Source of the DNA: Methanofastidiosum sp. | Lineage (GTDB): Archaea > Methanobacteriota_B > Thermococci > Methanofastidiosales > Methanofastidiosaceae | Direction of reading: 5' to 3' | DNA length: 64,000 bases | Assembly: GCA_035362715.1 (NCBI GenBank) | Contig: DAOSDU010000007.1 | Span: 16,974-80,973 of the forward strand | Notes under the pieces: model-generated | What the model saw: the letters and a program-made list of their open reading frames with translations, nothing else | What the model was told of the DNA's origin: nothing | Database searches by the model: none | Translations under genes and position numbers: made by a program | Shown here: positions 1-9,744 of the stretch, piece by piece | Layout: every line of letters starts with the position of its first letter | Numbering within the stretch: position 1 is the stretch's first letter

Positions 1-1
1 A

Positions 2-508
2 GAAATTCAGATTCCAGACTCTCAATCAAATCAACAACAAATAGAAGAGACTATACGAAAGGCAAATGCTGTTTTTAATACGGGGAAAGCACTGTATGAT
101 GTTGGAGAGTACCAGGCAGCAATTAATAGGTTTAACGAAGCAAGAACTATATACCAATCTGTATCCTATAGCGAAGGAGTAAATAATTCTGGAACTTTCA
201 TTTCAAATGCCACCTTACATATCCAAGCCAAATCATTAGAGGATCAAGCTCTTTCTCTAAGAAATGAAAAGAAATATGAAGAAGCCAAGTCAACCTATAA
301 GGCCGCAAAGGATCTTTATTCAGTAACTAACGACACAGTTAAAACTCAAGAGATGGATCAAAAAATAGCTGAAATTGACGATTTAATTACTGCTGAATCT
401 TTTTCTAGATTTGTAATGACTTTTGCTATTATAGTGGTCATAGTAGCAGCAATAGGGATAATATTCTTCTTCCTCAGAAAAAGAAAAAAATCTAAACAAG
501 GTGCTTAA
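2..508 (+). CDS. 5'-truncated TPR-like helical-repeat protein with C-terminal membrane anchor
   Basis: Open frame from position 2 to TAA at 506-508 (EIQIPDSQ...GKALYDVGEYQAAINRFNEARTIY...FVMTFAIIVVIVAAIGIIFFFLRKRKK); not in the ORF track because the start lies upstream of the window. Confidence 0.75.
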   Translation, partial: EIQIPDSQSNQQQIEETIRKANAVFNTGKALYDVGEYQAAINRFNEARTIYQSVSYSEGVNNSGTFISNATLHIQAKSLEDQALSLRNEKKYEEAKSTYKAAKDLYSVTNDTVKTQEMDQKIAEIDDLITAESFSRFVMTFAIIVVIVAAIGIIFFFLRKRKKSKQGA

Positions 509-862
509 TTGTTAAGAGACGAGATTAAGAAAAGGGTAGAAAAACTTGAAAAAATAGCCATTAATTTTGAGAATGAGGGTTACTATCAAGATGCTGCGGA
601 CAGCTATGCCGAAGCTGCAAATTTTATAGTTGAAGAAAAAGATTTCTTCTGGGGGGCTGAGGACTTTAAAAAAGCTGCTGAGCTTTATTGGGATTCTGGA
701 GACACTGAGCGAGCTGAAACTCTTTTTAATACCGCCATAAATTATTATCTTTTGGATGCAGAATACTATCTAAAACGAGATGGATACTTTTGGGCTGTAA
801 GAGATTATAAATTGGCAGTACAATGCTATGAAAAGTGGCTTTCAATGGTCGGGAGAATTTAG
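509..862 (+). CDS. small TPR/SNAP-like helical repeat protein
   Basis: Repeated AADSYAEAANF / GAEDFKKAAELY / AVRDYKLAVQCY helices; TTG start abuts the upstream stop. Confidence 0.6.
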   Translation: MLRDEIKKRVEKLEKIAINFENEGYYQDAADSYAEAANFIVEEKDFFWGAEDFKKAAELYWDSGDTERAETLFNTAINYYLLDAEYYLKRDGYFWAVRDYKLAVQCYEKWLSMVGRI

Positions 863-871
863 AACAAGTTG

Positions 872-945
<74 letters not shown>

Positions 946-950
946 AAAAG

Positions 951-1023
951 CGCCGCCAGCAGGACTCGAACCTGCGACCATTCGATTAACAGTCGAGCGC
1001 TCTACCTACTGAGCTATGGCGGC
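951..1023 (-). tRNA. tRNA-Asn (GTT)
   Basis: Reverse complement GCCGCCATAGCTCAGTAGGTAGAGCGCTCGACT-GTT-AATCGAATGGTCGCAGGTTCGAGTCCTGCTGGCGGCG. Confidence 0.95.
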
Positions 1024-1089
1024 ATGAAGATTCCGAGTTCAGAATCATATATAAAACTTTCTATCCATTAAAATTTTCTCTAATTATTT

Positions 1090-2007
1090 TTAAAAAACAT
1101 TTAGTAAATACAAAAGTGGAATTATAGTGAACCATAAGATGTATGACAATGAAATCTGAAGTAATTTGTCAATTCTATTTTCAATTACATTTTTCATTAC
1201 TTGTGAAAACAATAGGTATAGGAGTAAAAATCCGTGAATTATAACAATGAGAAATATCACACTTGAAAACCCAAATATCCCAGAATATAAAAATAAAAAG
1301 CTCGAAATAATAGATATTGAAATCGATAAGACTGAGATTAGTGACGCTTTTCTTTGACCTAGTATTACTGTAAGTGTTTTTTTCCCTATTCTTTTATCTG
1401 CTTCATAATCTGGAAAACCTGCAAGGATTATGGCCCCAAAAATAGCAAAGAATAAGGGTATTGATACTAGCCATGGGAGGATAATATTTAGTTTTGGAGA
1501 TTGTAATAAAAATCCCGCCAATACAATGTAAAAACTATGGGTTATCCCAACATCAATTTCTCCTAAACCCCTATATGATAATTTTAATGGTGGAACTGTA
1601 TAGGCCAAACCCAGTAAAGCTCCAAGTGCTAATATTAAAAAAGCGTAGATGTTATATCTTAATGTTAAAATAATAGTCAAAGAACAGACAAGAGTAAGGG
1701 AGATAAATATCGCATTCTTTGCCTGCTTGAATGTAATCATTTCTTCTACTATCATTCTAGATCCGCCGGTAAATTGGCTATAATTTTTATTTATTTTATC
1801 GGTTTCATAGTCATAATACTCGTTAGAGATTACAGTTGCAAATTCTATCAAAAACAAAGCCATATACCCTAGGACATAAATAGTCAAATCAAAATTATTT
1901 AGTATTTTAAAGGAGCATAAAGCACCTACAGTATATGCAAGCCACGTCATAGGGTAAAATTGGAGTCTAGTTATCTTAAGCCAAGAAGCTAACTTATCGT
2001 TTTTCAT
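1090..2007 (-). CDS. UbiA-family (MenA-like) prenyltransferase
   Basis: NEYYDYETD and PDYEADKRIGKKT Asp-rich motifs, YTVPPLKLSYRGLGE, multiple TM helices. Confidence 0.85.
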   Translation of the reverse strand: MKNDKLASWLKITRLQFYPMTWLAYTVGALCSFKILNNFDLTIYVLGYMALFLIEFATVISNEYYDYETDKINKNYSQFTGGSRMIVEEMITFKQAKNAIFISLTLVCSLTIILTLRYNIYAFLILALGALLGLAYTVPPLKLSYRGLGEIDVGITHSFYIVLAGFLLQSPKLNIILPWLVSIPLFFAIFGAIILAGFPDYEADKRIGKKTLTVILGQRKASLISVLSISISIISSFLFLYSGIFGFSSVIFLIVIIHGFLLLYLLFSQVMKNVIENRIDKLLQISLSYILWFTIIPLLYLLNVF

Positions 2008-2082
2008 TTAATGCCTTATTAGTTGGAATATATTTTAATTATAAATTTTTCTGCCGCCATAAATACCTAAAAATTAGCTTTA

Positions 2083-2101
2083 CCGAAAATTTTTTATATA
2101 T
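2083..2101 (+). promoter_or_regulatory. archaeal BRE/TATA promoter of luxE-luxC
   Basis: ccgaaaa-tttttttatata upstream of the gene. Confidence 0.5.
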
Positions 2102-2154
2102 AGATAAATAATCTAAGCAAATTCTATGTGAGGATTATAGTACTTGGTGATTTT

Positions 2155-3441
2155 ATGTTTGATACAGACTTAATTGAGAAACTCGTTTCTTCAGAAAACT
2201 ACTTCAAAAAAAGAAAAGACGTGGAAAAATTAAGGCACAAAGCAATTAAAATGTCACACAAATATCATTATGAAAATAATAAATTTTATCATGACTATTG
2301 CAAATTGAAAGGACTAAGCGGCGATATAAAGTCTGAAGACTTTCATAAAATAGTAATTCCCGATACGGTATTCAAGTCTTATCAGATGGAATCACCTGAA
2401 AAGAGCCCCCAAGAATTTAAAAAATGGATTGATAGAATCTCTTCAGTCCCCATTGACTTTACCCCAAAGGGTATGGGGTCTCTTGAAAGTTTTCTTCAAG
2501 AATTCTATTCTAATGGCATGCTATTGGGTTTTAGTAGTGGCACTTCCGGAAAACTGACATTTTTACCAAGAGATCCCTTTACTCAATCCATGTTGATTAG
2601 ATCATACACTGAAGCAATTGATGCAACTCTAAAACTTGACAAAGGTAAAGAGAGATTTATTCTTGGGATACCAAAAAAAACATTTTTACAAGTCGGCTTC
2701 AATGGAAAAGTTGTAGCTAACCACATATCTCCTGGCAACGTTTTTCATGCATTTGATGAATTGAAAGCCGATATAATAAGGCTTAGAATGAGAGGACCAA
2801 GATCCTCAAAAGAAAAAGTCATGAATTACTTTATTAAGAAAATGCTACCTCGACTTGAGAAAAATGCCATAAGAAATATAGCAACTAAGCTTGAGGAAAA
2901 TCAAGGAAAAAAAGTTGTTTTTATGGGGCCACCTTTTTTGATAATTGATACTGCTAAATATATTTTAGAAAATGGAATTAACGCAAAGATCGGGGCAGAC
3001 AGCTTTTTGGCTTCAACTGGAGGATTCAAAGGCAGATCAATTGTAAGTAGAGATAAAATGAACGACTTAATTGAAGAAGCTTTTGGATTAGATCCAAAGA
3101 GATATATTGACCTTTACGGGATGACCGAATCAAACTCGATAATGATTGATTGTACCGAGGGTAACACTAAACATATCCCTCCTTGGATGGAAGTTATACT
3201 ATTCGACGAGAGCATGGAACCAATACCTCAAGAAGGCAAAGTAACCGGGAATTATGCATTTCTTGAGCCTTCTTCAAAATCTTTTCCTGGATTTATTACT
3301 ACTGGGGATAAGTTGAAGGTAGATTACGAAGGATGCCCAGCGTGCAATAAAACCACCCCAATTCTTCTTAGTATCGAAAGACTTCCCAGAATTGAGAGCA
3401 GGGGATGCTCCGGCGTACTTGCAAAAACGGTGGCTGGTTAA
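2155..3441 (+). CDS. LuxE-like acyl-protein synthetase (ANL adenylating fold)
   Basis: SSGTSG P-loop, YGMTESN, HIPPW, TGD and C-terminal RGC acyl-accepting Cys; ATG at 2155 follows a GGTGA SD (track start is GTG 2128). Confidence 0.8.
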   Translation: MFDTDLIEKLVSSENYFKKRKDVEKLRHKAIKMSHKYHYENNKFYHDYCKLKGLSGDIKSEDFHKIVIPDTVFKSYQMESPEKSPQEFKKWIDRISSVPIDFTPKGMGSLESFLQEFYSNGMLLGFSSGTSGKLTFLPRDPFTQSMLIRSYTEAIDATLKLDKGKERFILGIPKKTFLQVGFNGKVVANHISPGNVFHAFDELKADIIRLRMRGPRSSKEKVMNYFIKKMLPRLEKNAIRNIATKLEENQGKKVVFMGPPFLIIDTAKYILENGINAKIGADSFLASTGGFKGRSIVSRDKMNDLIEEAFGLDPKRYIDLYGMTESNSIMIDCTEGNTKHIPPWMEVILFDESMEPIPQEGKVTGNYAFLEPSSKSFPGFITTGDKLKVDYEGCPACNKTTPILLSIERLPRIESRGCSGVLAKTVAG

Positions 3442-5007
3442 ATGTCAAAACTAAAAGGGTATTACCTTCCTAAATCTCTAAAGTCGATAGAGAAAGAAAT
3501 GGAATTCAGTGAAAAAAAAGTCAACGATTATTCTTTGTTATTGCCAAATATTAATCAAGACAACATAAAAGAAATAGTAACTGGACTAAAAGAAAATAGA
3601 AAAAAATATCTTATAAATATGCCCTTTCCAGAAATTGCTAAGATATATGGGGCAGTATCAAGAACGTGGTCAGATAATAACTATGAAAAAAAGAAGATCG
3701 CTCTTGAATTACTTCCAGTGTTGACAAATCTTTCACCAGAGTTAATAGAGTTTTATCAGTTTAGGTCCATATATAAAATAGATGAGAAGACTATTAATTT
3801 TCTATCAACTTTAAAATTACCGCCAGATGTTTTTAAGAATTTTACTCCAATTGACAACGCAAATACTTTTGTTAGGGCATACGCAGGATTTAGAGACAAA
3901 ATTGCACTAAAAAAAATAACTCAGTATAACCAAGAACTGGAGTTGGTGACTTACATAACACCCTCTAATGTACCTGGATTTATAGAAAGTCTTGGGATTT
4001 TTATAGCAAGCATAGTAAGAGCTTCAGGCTTAATTAAAACCCCTTCCGTTCAACCTCTATTTGCACCTTTATATGCGGAATCAGTAGCTGAACAAAGCAA
4101 ACAGATAGGTGAAACTATCGCGGTGGTACCGTGGGCAGGAGGGGATAAATCAATTGAGGATGTAATATTTCGAAACTCAAATGTAGTCAGTGTAGTTTCC
4201 AGCACTCAAACTGCAATTTCAGTTAAGGCAAGGGTAGATGAATTAAATAAAAGTGGAAGTTCCATTAAAGGATGTTATCATGGGGGAAAATTTGGAATTG
4301 AACTAATCGGGAGAGAAATGGCAAATCATGATGTTGCGGGCCTTGCTGCAATTGATGGAATTGGGTATGAAGGATATATGTGCGGGTCTCCTGCTTTTGG
4401 ATTTTTTGTTGAAGAAGGTGGGGAGCTGAGCCCATTAGAATTTGCAGAAGCTTTAGCCGGTGAAATGGAAAAAATATCGAGATCAATACCCCAGACTAAT
4501 TTTTTCAGGAAGTTAAGAGATATTAAAATTGGAGAAATAATATCAAGGCCTGAATTCGACGGAGGTCAGAAAATTTTTGCTTCTTCTGAAAATAATTTTG
4601 CAGTAATATATGAATCAAATTTTAATCTAAATCCTATAGGGCAAAATAGATTAATACGTGTCTTTGGAGTTAAGAATCTTGAAGAAGTAATTGGTGAAAT
4701 GAAACCATGGAAGGATTATCTACAGACGGCAGGAGTTGCAATAGGAAATGATAGGCTCAAAATCCTATCAGAGTTAATGGGAAAGACTGGATTTTCAAAC
4801 ATAAGAGTTGTTGGAACTGTAGCTTTGCCACGATTAGGCGAAGCATGGGACGGATACTATCCAGTATATGAATTTTTCATCCCCGATAGTATCCACTGGA
4901 CTTCCATCAATACAATTGACTTTGAAAATGAGATAAAAGAGCTTACTAAAATAAAGAATGCAGTCGTAAAGAAAGGTGTTTTTAATCCATCTCTTGGAAT
5001 TCGCTGA
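3442..5007 (+). CDS. LuxC-like acyl-CoA/acyl-protein reductase (ALDH fold)
   Basis: PSNVP, KTPS, WAGGD, YEGYMCGSP (catalytic Cys), LQTAGV, IRVVG...WDG; abuts the luxE-like gene. Confidence 0.75.
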   Translation: MSKLKGYYLPKSLKSIEKEMEFSEKKVNDYSLLLPNINQDNIKEIVTGLKENRKKYLINMPFPEIAKIYGAVSRTWSDNNYEKKKIALELLPVLTNLSPELIEFYQFRSIYKIDEKTINFLSTLKLPPDVFKNFTPIDNANTFVRAYAGFRDKIALKKITQYNQELELVTYITPSNVPGFIESLGIFIASIVRASGLIKTPSVQPLFAPLYAESVAEQSKQIGETIAVVPWAGGDKSIEDVIFRNSNVVSVVSSTQTAISVKARVDELNKSGSSIKGCYHGGKFGIELIGREMANHDVAGLAAIDGIGYEGYMCGSPAFGFFVEEGGELSPLEFAEALAGEMEKISRSIPQTNFFRKLRDIKIGEIISRPEFDGGQKIFASSENNFAVIYESNFNLNPIGQNRLIRVFGVKNLEEVIGEMKPWKDYLQTAGVAIGNDRLKILSELMGKTGFSNIRVVGTVALPRLGEAWDGYYPVYEFFIPDSIHWTSINTIDFENEIKELTKIKNAVVKKGVFNPSLGIR

Positions 5008-5109
5008 AATGCCTTATTTTATCAAAAGATTTTTGATTTTTTCTATTTTTTCAGGAGATAAAAAGAAATATTTAAATACTTTGCATGTTAATATATTATA
5101 GGTGCTTTA

Positions 5110-5343
5110 ATGGTATATGCATATGTTTTGATAACAGTTTCAATAGGAAAAATAAAGGAAGTAATTGAAGCTGTAAAGAAGATTGAAGGAGTAATAGAAG
5201 CCGATGTTATAACTGGCCCATACGATGCCATTGCAAAAATAAAAGCAAATGATTTAGGTGAACTTACAAAAACAGTAATCCAACAGATTCATTACATTGA
5301 AGGTGTAATTGATACAACAACTGCGATAGTAATCTCCGTATAA
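5110..5343 (+). CDS. stand-alone Lrp/AsnC ligand-binding (RAM) domain protein
   Basis: AYVLI...ITGPYDAIAKI...IEGVIDTTT. Confidence 0.85.
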   Translation: MVYAYVLITVSIGKIKEVIEAVKKIEGVIEADVITGPYDAIAKIKANDLGELTKTVIQQIHYIEGVIDTTTAIVISV

Positions 5344-5370
5344 TAATACTATTTATTTTTTGGTGGTTTC

Positions 5371-6084
5371 TTGAATAAAAGCACAGCTATATGTGATGTA
5401 TCTCTTTTTGTTTCAAAAAGTAAATATTCTCAGGCTGAATCATTGATGAAATCTTTACATATTGAAGAGGTAATAATGCCTGAAGAACTCGTTGATATCC
5501 TTATGAAAGTTCATAGAGGAGAAGAACTCTTGGGTGAACAAGTTAGAGTCTTATCCTATTGGGCAAAAGGACCAGTTCCCAAGGATGAAGAAATAAGAAC
5601 TTTTTATGAAACACTTATCGAAAAAGGAATAAAAATTAGAACAATAAAAGAGTATGTTCTGAAAAAAGAAGTTGAATTGGGGTATACAAAATTAAGAGAG
5701 GGCATGGAAAAAGATGAGATGGAAGTCTATAATAAAAGTTGGAGAAATTTATATAATAAATTCTCTGAAACGATGCCTGATCAAACTGCAATCATATGCT
5801 CAAAAATCCTCTCCTTATCTCTTGTATTCAATGAGAAAATAGTCGCAGTTAATAGAAAACTTTTGAGATTTCTATTTGATTCTGGGCTAGAAGTATCAAA
5901 AGTTACATCTAAGATTGAAATTGATAAAAATATGGTCGAGCACAATATTATTTTCCTTAATGTTTACGGCTCAAAGACTTTTGAACCGCTTTTTTATGAA
6001 ATAAAAAATTCAATAAAGGAGAGTACAGAGATACAGGTAGAACTAGAAAAAGATGTAGGTTCAATCGTAATGTTTAACTTATAA
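5371..6084 (+). CDS. hypothetical protein (possibly degenerate PIN-like fold)
   Basis: 237-aa ORF with SD ggtgg; ICDVS...VIMPEELVD...KIVAVNRKL pattern. Confidence 0.55.
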   Translation: MNKSTAICDVSLFVSKSKYSQAESLMKSLHIEEVIMPEELVDILMKVHRGEELLGEQVRVLSYWAKGPVPKDEEIRTFYETLIEKGIKIRTIKEYVLKKEVELGYTKLREGMEKDEMEVYNKSWRNLYNKFSETMPDQTAIICSKILSLSLVFNEKIVAVNRKLLRFLFDSGLEVSKVTSKIEIDKNMVEHNIIFLNVYGSKTFEPLFYEIKNSIKESTEIQVELEKDVGSIVMFNL

Positions 6085-6218
6085 ATACTAAATATATTAT
6101 AATTTTAATTATCCATTAAAGCTTTTAAATTCTATTTAATATATTTTTTAGATAGAAAGCTTTTTATATCACTTCAAATACATCAAAAACTAGCAATATT
6201 TTTAATGAGGTGTAAATT

Positions 6219-7886
6219 ATGGCAGAAATTAGACAACCAATGAGTGTCCAACCTGAAGGCGCTCAGAGATTTATGGGCAGAGATGCTCAAAGAATGAATA
6301 TTCTTGCTGGAAGAATAGTAGCAGAAACAGTAAAGACGACACTTGGTCCAAGAGGTATGGACAAAATGCTCGTTGACTCACTAGGAGACGTAGTCATCAC
6401 AAACGATGGTGCTACAATACTTAGCGAGATGGATATAGCTCATCCAGCAGCAAAAATGATTGTAGAAGTAGCAAAGACACAAGATGAGGAAGTTGGAGAC
6501 GGTACAACAACAGCAGTTGTCATTGCCGGAGAACTTCTAAAAAGGGCCGAAGATCTTCTCGATCAAGAAGTACACGCAACAGTTGTTGCATCTGGTTACA
6601 AACTTGCAGCTGAAAAGGCTGAAGAAATATTGAAAGATATTGGCGACAAGATTACAATCAATGACGATGATATACTTCTTGAAATTGCAAAGACTGCAAT
6701 GACTGGAAAGGGCGCAGAAAAATCAAAGGATACCTTAGCACCTTTAGCACTTAAAGCAGTAAAGCAGGTAGCTGTAAAAGAAAATGGAAACTACACAGTT
6801 GAAACTGAAGACATTAAGGTAGAGAAGAAAGAAGGTGGAAGTGTAGAAGATTCAAAACTCATCCAGGGACTTATTATTGACAAGGAAAGAGTCCACGACG
6901 GCATGCCAAAGAAACTAAAAGATGCAAAAATAGCTTTACTTGACTGTGCACTTGAAGTAAAAGAAACTGAAACTGATGCAGAAATTAGAATTACTTCTCC
7001 TGACCAGCTTCAAGCATTCTTGGATCAAGAAGAAGCAATGCTAAAGAAGATGGTAGATCAGATAAAAGCATCTGGCGCAACAGTCGTATTCTGTCAGAAG
7101 GGAATTGATGATTTAGCTCAGCACTACCTTGCAAAGAGTGGAATATACGCTGCAAGAAGAGTAAAAAAGAGCGATATGAAGAAACTTGCCAAAGCAACAG
7201 GTGCAAGAGTTGTAAACAAAATAGCTGATCTTGAAGGAAAGGATCTTGGTCATGCAGGCTCTGTCGAAGAGAAAAAGATCGGCGGAGACGAAATGACATT
7301 TGTCGAAGGATGCAAGGATCCAAAAGCAGTAAGCTTATTGTTAAGAGGCGGAACAGAACACTTTTTAGAGGAAGTAGAAAGAGCTCTTGAAGATGCTATA
7401 GGTGTCATATCTACAGCAATCGAAGATGGAACTATTTGTGCTGGCGGTGGAGCTGCAGAGATGGAACTATCAAAGAGACTTAACGAATATGCAGAAAAGA
7501 TTAGCGGTAGAGAACAGCTAGCCGTTAAAGCATTCGCACAGGCAATGGAAGTAATTCCAAGAACTTTAGCTGAAAATGCAGGTATGGACCCAATCGATAC
7601 AATCGTTGCACTCAAAGCTTCACATGAAACAAAAGATCACAAGAGATACGGAATTGACGTCTTTGACGGTAAAGTTAAAGACATGATGAAGGCCGGAGTT
7701 GTTGAGCCACTTAGAATAAAGGAGCAAGCAGTAAAGAGTGCTTCTGAATCAGCCATAATGATATTAAGGATTGATGACGTTATAGCCGCAAGCGGAATTG
7801 GTAAGAGAAGAGGAATGGGCGGCGATGACGACATGGATATGGGTGGCATGGGCGGAATGCCCGGTGGCATGCCTGGAATGATGTAA
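6219..7886 (+). CDS. ths: thermosome subunit (group II chaperonin)
   Basis: [27 protein letters not shown]-rich tail. Confidence 0.97.
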   Translation: MAEIRQPMSVQPEGAQRFMGRDAQRMNILAGRIVAETVKTTLGPRGMDKMLVDSLGDVVITNDGATILSEMDIAHPAAKMIVEVAKTQDEEVGDGTTTAVVIAGELLKRAEDLLDQEVHATVVASGYKLAAEKAEEILKDIGDKITINDDDILLEIAKTAMTGKGAEKSKDTLAPLALKAVKQVAVKENGNYTVETEDIKVEKKEGGSVEDSKLIQGLIIDKERVHDGMPKKLKDAKIALLDCALEVKETETDAEIRITSPDQLQAFLDQEEAMLKKMVDQIKASGATVVFCQKGIDDLAQHYLAKSGIYAARRVKKSDMKKLAKATGARVVNKIADLEGKDLGHAGSVEEKKIGGDEMTFVEGCKDPKAVSLLLRGGTEHFLEEVERALEDAIGVISTAIEDGTICAGGGAAEMELSKRLNEYAEKISGREQLAVKAFAQAMEVIPRTLAENAGMDPIDTIVALKASHETKDHKRYGIDVFDGKVKDMMKAGVVEPLRIKEQAVKSASESAIMILRIDDVIAASGIGKRRGMGGDDDMDMGGMGGMPGGMPGMM

Positions 7887-7973
7887 AATAAAAAATAATT
7901 TTTTCTTTTATTTAATATTTTTATTAAATTTTTCTTAAGCAATCTTTATTAATTTAATAAGACCATTTCTTAT

Positions 7974-8651
7974 ATGGAATGTCAATCCATTATAGAAAAA
8001 TTAAAGATGATTTCTGACCCTAAAACTTTAGAGGGAATGTCAAGATACGGAATTAAAACAGACAAGGCATTTGGAGTTTCAATCCCCAATATAAGGGCAT
8101 TGGCAAAACAAGTAGGTAAAGATCATGTTTTGGCTCAGACATTATGGGAATTAGGTTATCACGAAACTAAAATTCTTGCCAGCATGATCGACGATCCAAA
8201 AAAACTCACAAATGAACAAATGGAGAATTGGGCCAAAGACTTTGACTCATGGGATGTATGCGACCAGGTCTGTAATAATCTTTTTGGAAAAAGCTCTTTG
8301 GCTTTTGACAAATCTTTTGAGTGGTGTAAACGAGGCGAAGAATTTGTTAAAAGGGCAGGCTATGTTCTAATGGCAGTTTTAGCAGTTCACGATAAAACTA
8401 GGGCAGATGAAGATTTTTTTAAGTTTATGCCTGAAATTTTTAATGGCTCAACAGATGAGCGATTATACGTCAAAAAAGCAGTAAACTGGGCTTTAAGGCA
8501 AATAGGTAAGAGAAATCTTATTTTACATAAAAAAGCTATTGAATATGCACAAAACATTCAAAAAATTGATTCCAAATCTGCAAAGTGGATAGCTTCCGAT
8601 GCATTAAGAGAATTACAAAATCCAGAAATCTTAGAACGAATTAAAAAATAA
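7974..8651 (+). CDS. AlkD-like DNA alkylation repair protein
   Basis: FDSWDVCD, YVKKAVNWALRQIGK HEAT-like motifs. Confidence 0.85.
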   Translation: MECQSIIEKLKMISDPKTLEGMSRYGIKTDKAFGVSIPNIRALAKQVGKDHVLAQTLWELGYHETKILASMIDDPKKLTNEQMENWAKDFDSWDVCDQVCNNLFGKSSLAFDKSFEWCKRGEEFVKRAGYVLMAVLAVHDKTRADEDFFKFMPEIFNGSTDERLYVKKAVNWALRQIGKRNLILHKKAIEYAQNIQKIDSKSAKWIASDALRELQNPEILERIKK

Positions 8652-8715
8652 AAATCCATAACTAATTTAAAGAGTTTTTATATATCTTAATTAGACGTGA
8701 TCTTGAGGTGTAAAA

Positions 8716-9072
8716 ATGTTAGATATAGAAGGATTAAGTACTGAAGCAAAGATTGGAAAAATATTGATTTTGGTATCTCTTATATTGGGTATAGTCGGAG
8801 TCCTGGGATTGCTTGTCGGTTTTAGCTTTGGAGCATTATTTCCTTTGAGGTATACGAGAGGATTTCCTCTGTTTGCTGGATTGTTCATGATATTTGTAGC
8901 AGTTATTAAGATTTTAGGATTAATAATAGGCTTCATAGCATTATCTTCGACAAATCTCAAAAAATTCAACAAAGCAGGCATATACGCTATAATATCCAGT
9001 TTATTGCCCCCTCTTGACATAATAATGCTCATAGGTGGTATTTTATGTCTTATTAGCAAAGAAGCAAAATAA
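8716..9072 (+). CDS. small integral membrane protein
   Basis: Mostly hydrophobic helices; GAGGTG SD. Confidence 0.7.
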   Translation: MLDIEGLSTEAKIGKILILVSLILGIVGVLGLLVGFSFGALFPLRYTRGFPLFAGLFMIFVAVIKILGLIIGFIALSSTNLKKFNKAGIYAIISSLLPPLDIIMLIGGILCLISKEAK

Positions 9073-9126
9073 TATAATTTTTTTAATTTCAAAAACTATT
9101 TAAACGTTTAATGAAATTAGGTTATT

Positions 9127-9588
9127 GTGAGTTTAACAACAGCTATAGTTAGTTTTTTTTACAATCCGATTATCCTCCCAACTTTGATTGCTTATTTGGC
9201 ATCTGTTGTTGGAAAAATAATTCATGAGTCTATCAAAAAGAAACATTTATCCATACAAGTTGCCATACAAGATGGAGGAATGCCAAGTTCTCACACGGCA
9301 ACAGTTATTGGGTTGTCAACAGCAATTTTTATGCATGAAGGAATGTCTACTGTATTTTGGGTTTCTCTAGTCTTTGCATTTGTAGTGATGAAGGATGCGA
9401 CAGGTATAAGGTGGGAAACAGGTCAACAGGCGAAGGTAATAAATCAAATGATGAAAAAACTTCGTATGGGAAAGGTAGTTGATGAAGAATTAAAGGAATT
9501 GCTTGGACATACAGAGGCTCAAGTTGTAGGTGGATTTATTGTGGGAGTTATATTCTCTTATTTAGGGTATAATGCTTTTTTTGGATAA
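9127..9588 (+). CDS. divergent PAP2 family (DUF212) membrane protein
   Basis: GGMPSSHTA, DATGIR, LKELLGHT. Confidence 0.88.
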   Translation: MSLTTAIVSFFYNPIILPTLIAYLASVVGKIIHESIKKKHLSIQVAIQDGGMPSSHTATVIGLSTAIFMHEGMSTVFWVSLVFAFVVMKDATGIRWETGQQAKVINQMMKKLRMGKVVDEELKELLGHTEAQVVGGFIVGVIFSYLGYNAFFG

Positions 9589-9744
9589 TATATTGAATTT
9601 GGAGTACTTCTCTTTTCATAAAAATACTTTCAAACTAATCCAAATTAGATTTAACTAAAAACCTTTACTTTATCGCTTTTTTTGAGAATTAAAAAATAAC
9701 TTCTAACAAAGAAGTTTTTAAGTAAAGCATCTCCAACAATTTCC

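Noticed and set aside
2155..5007. Bioluminescence operon
   Set aside because: No luxA, luxB, luxD or luxG in the window; luciferase needs O2 and the gene content is anaerobic
7810..7886. GGCATG-type short repeats
   Set aside because: They encode the normal Gly-Gly-Met tail of the thermosome
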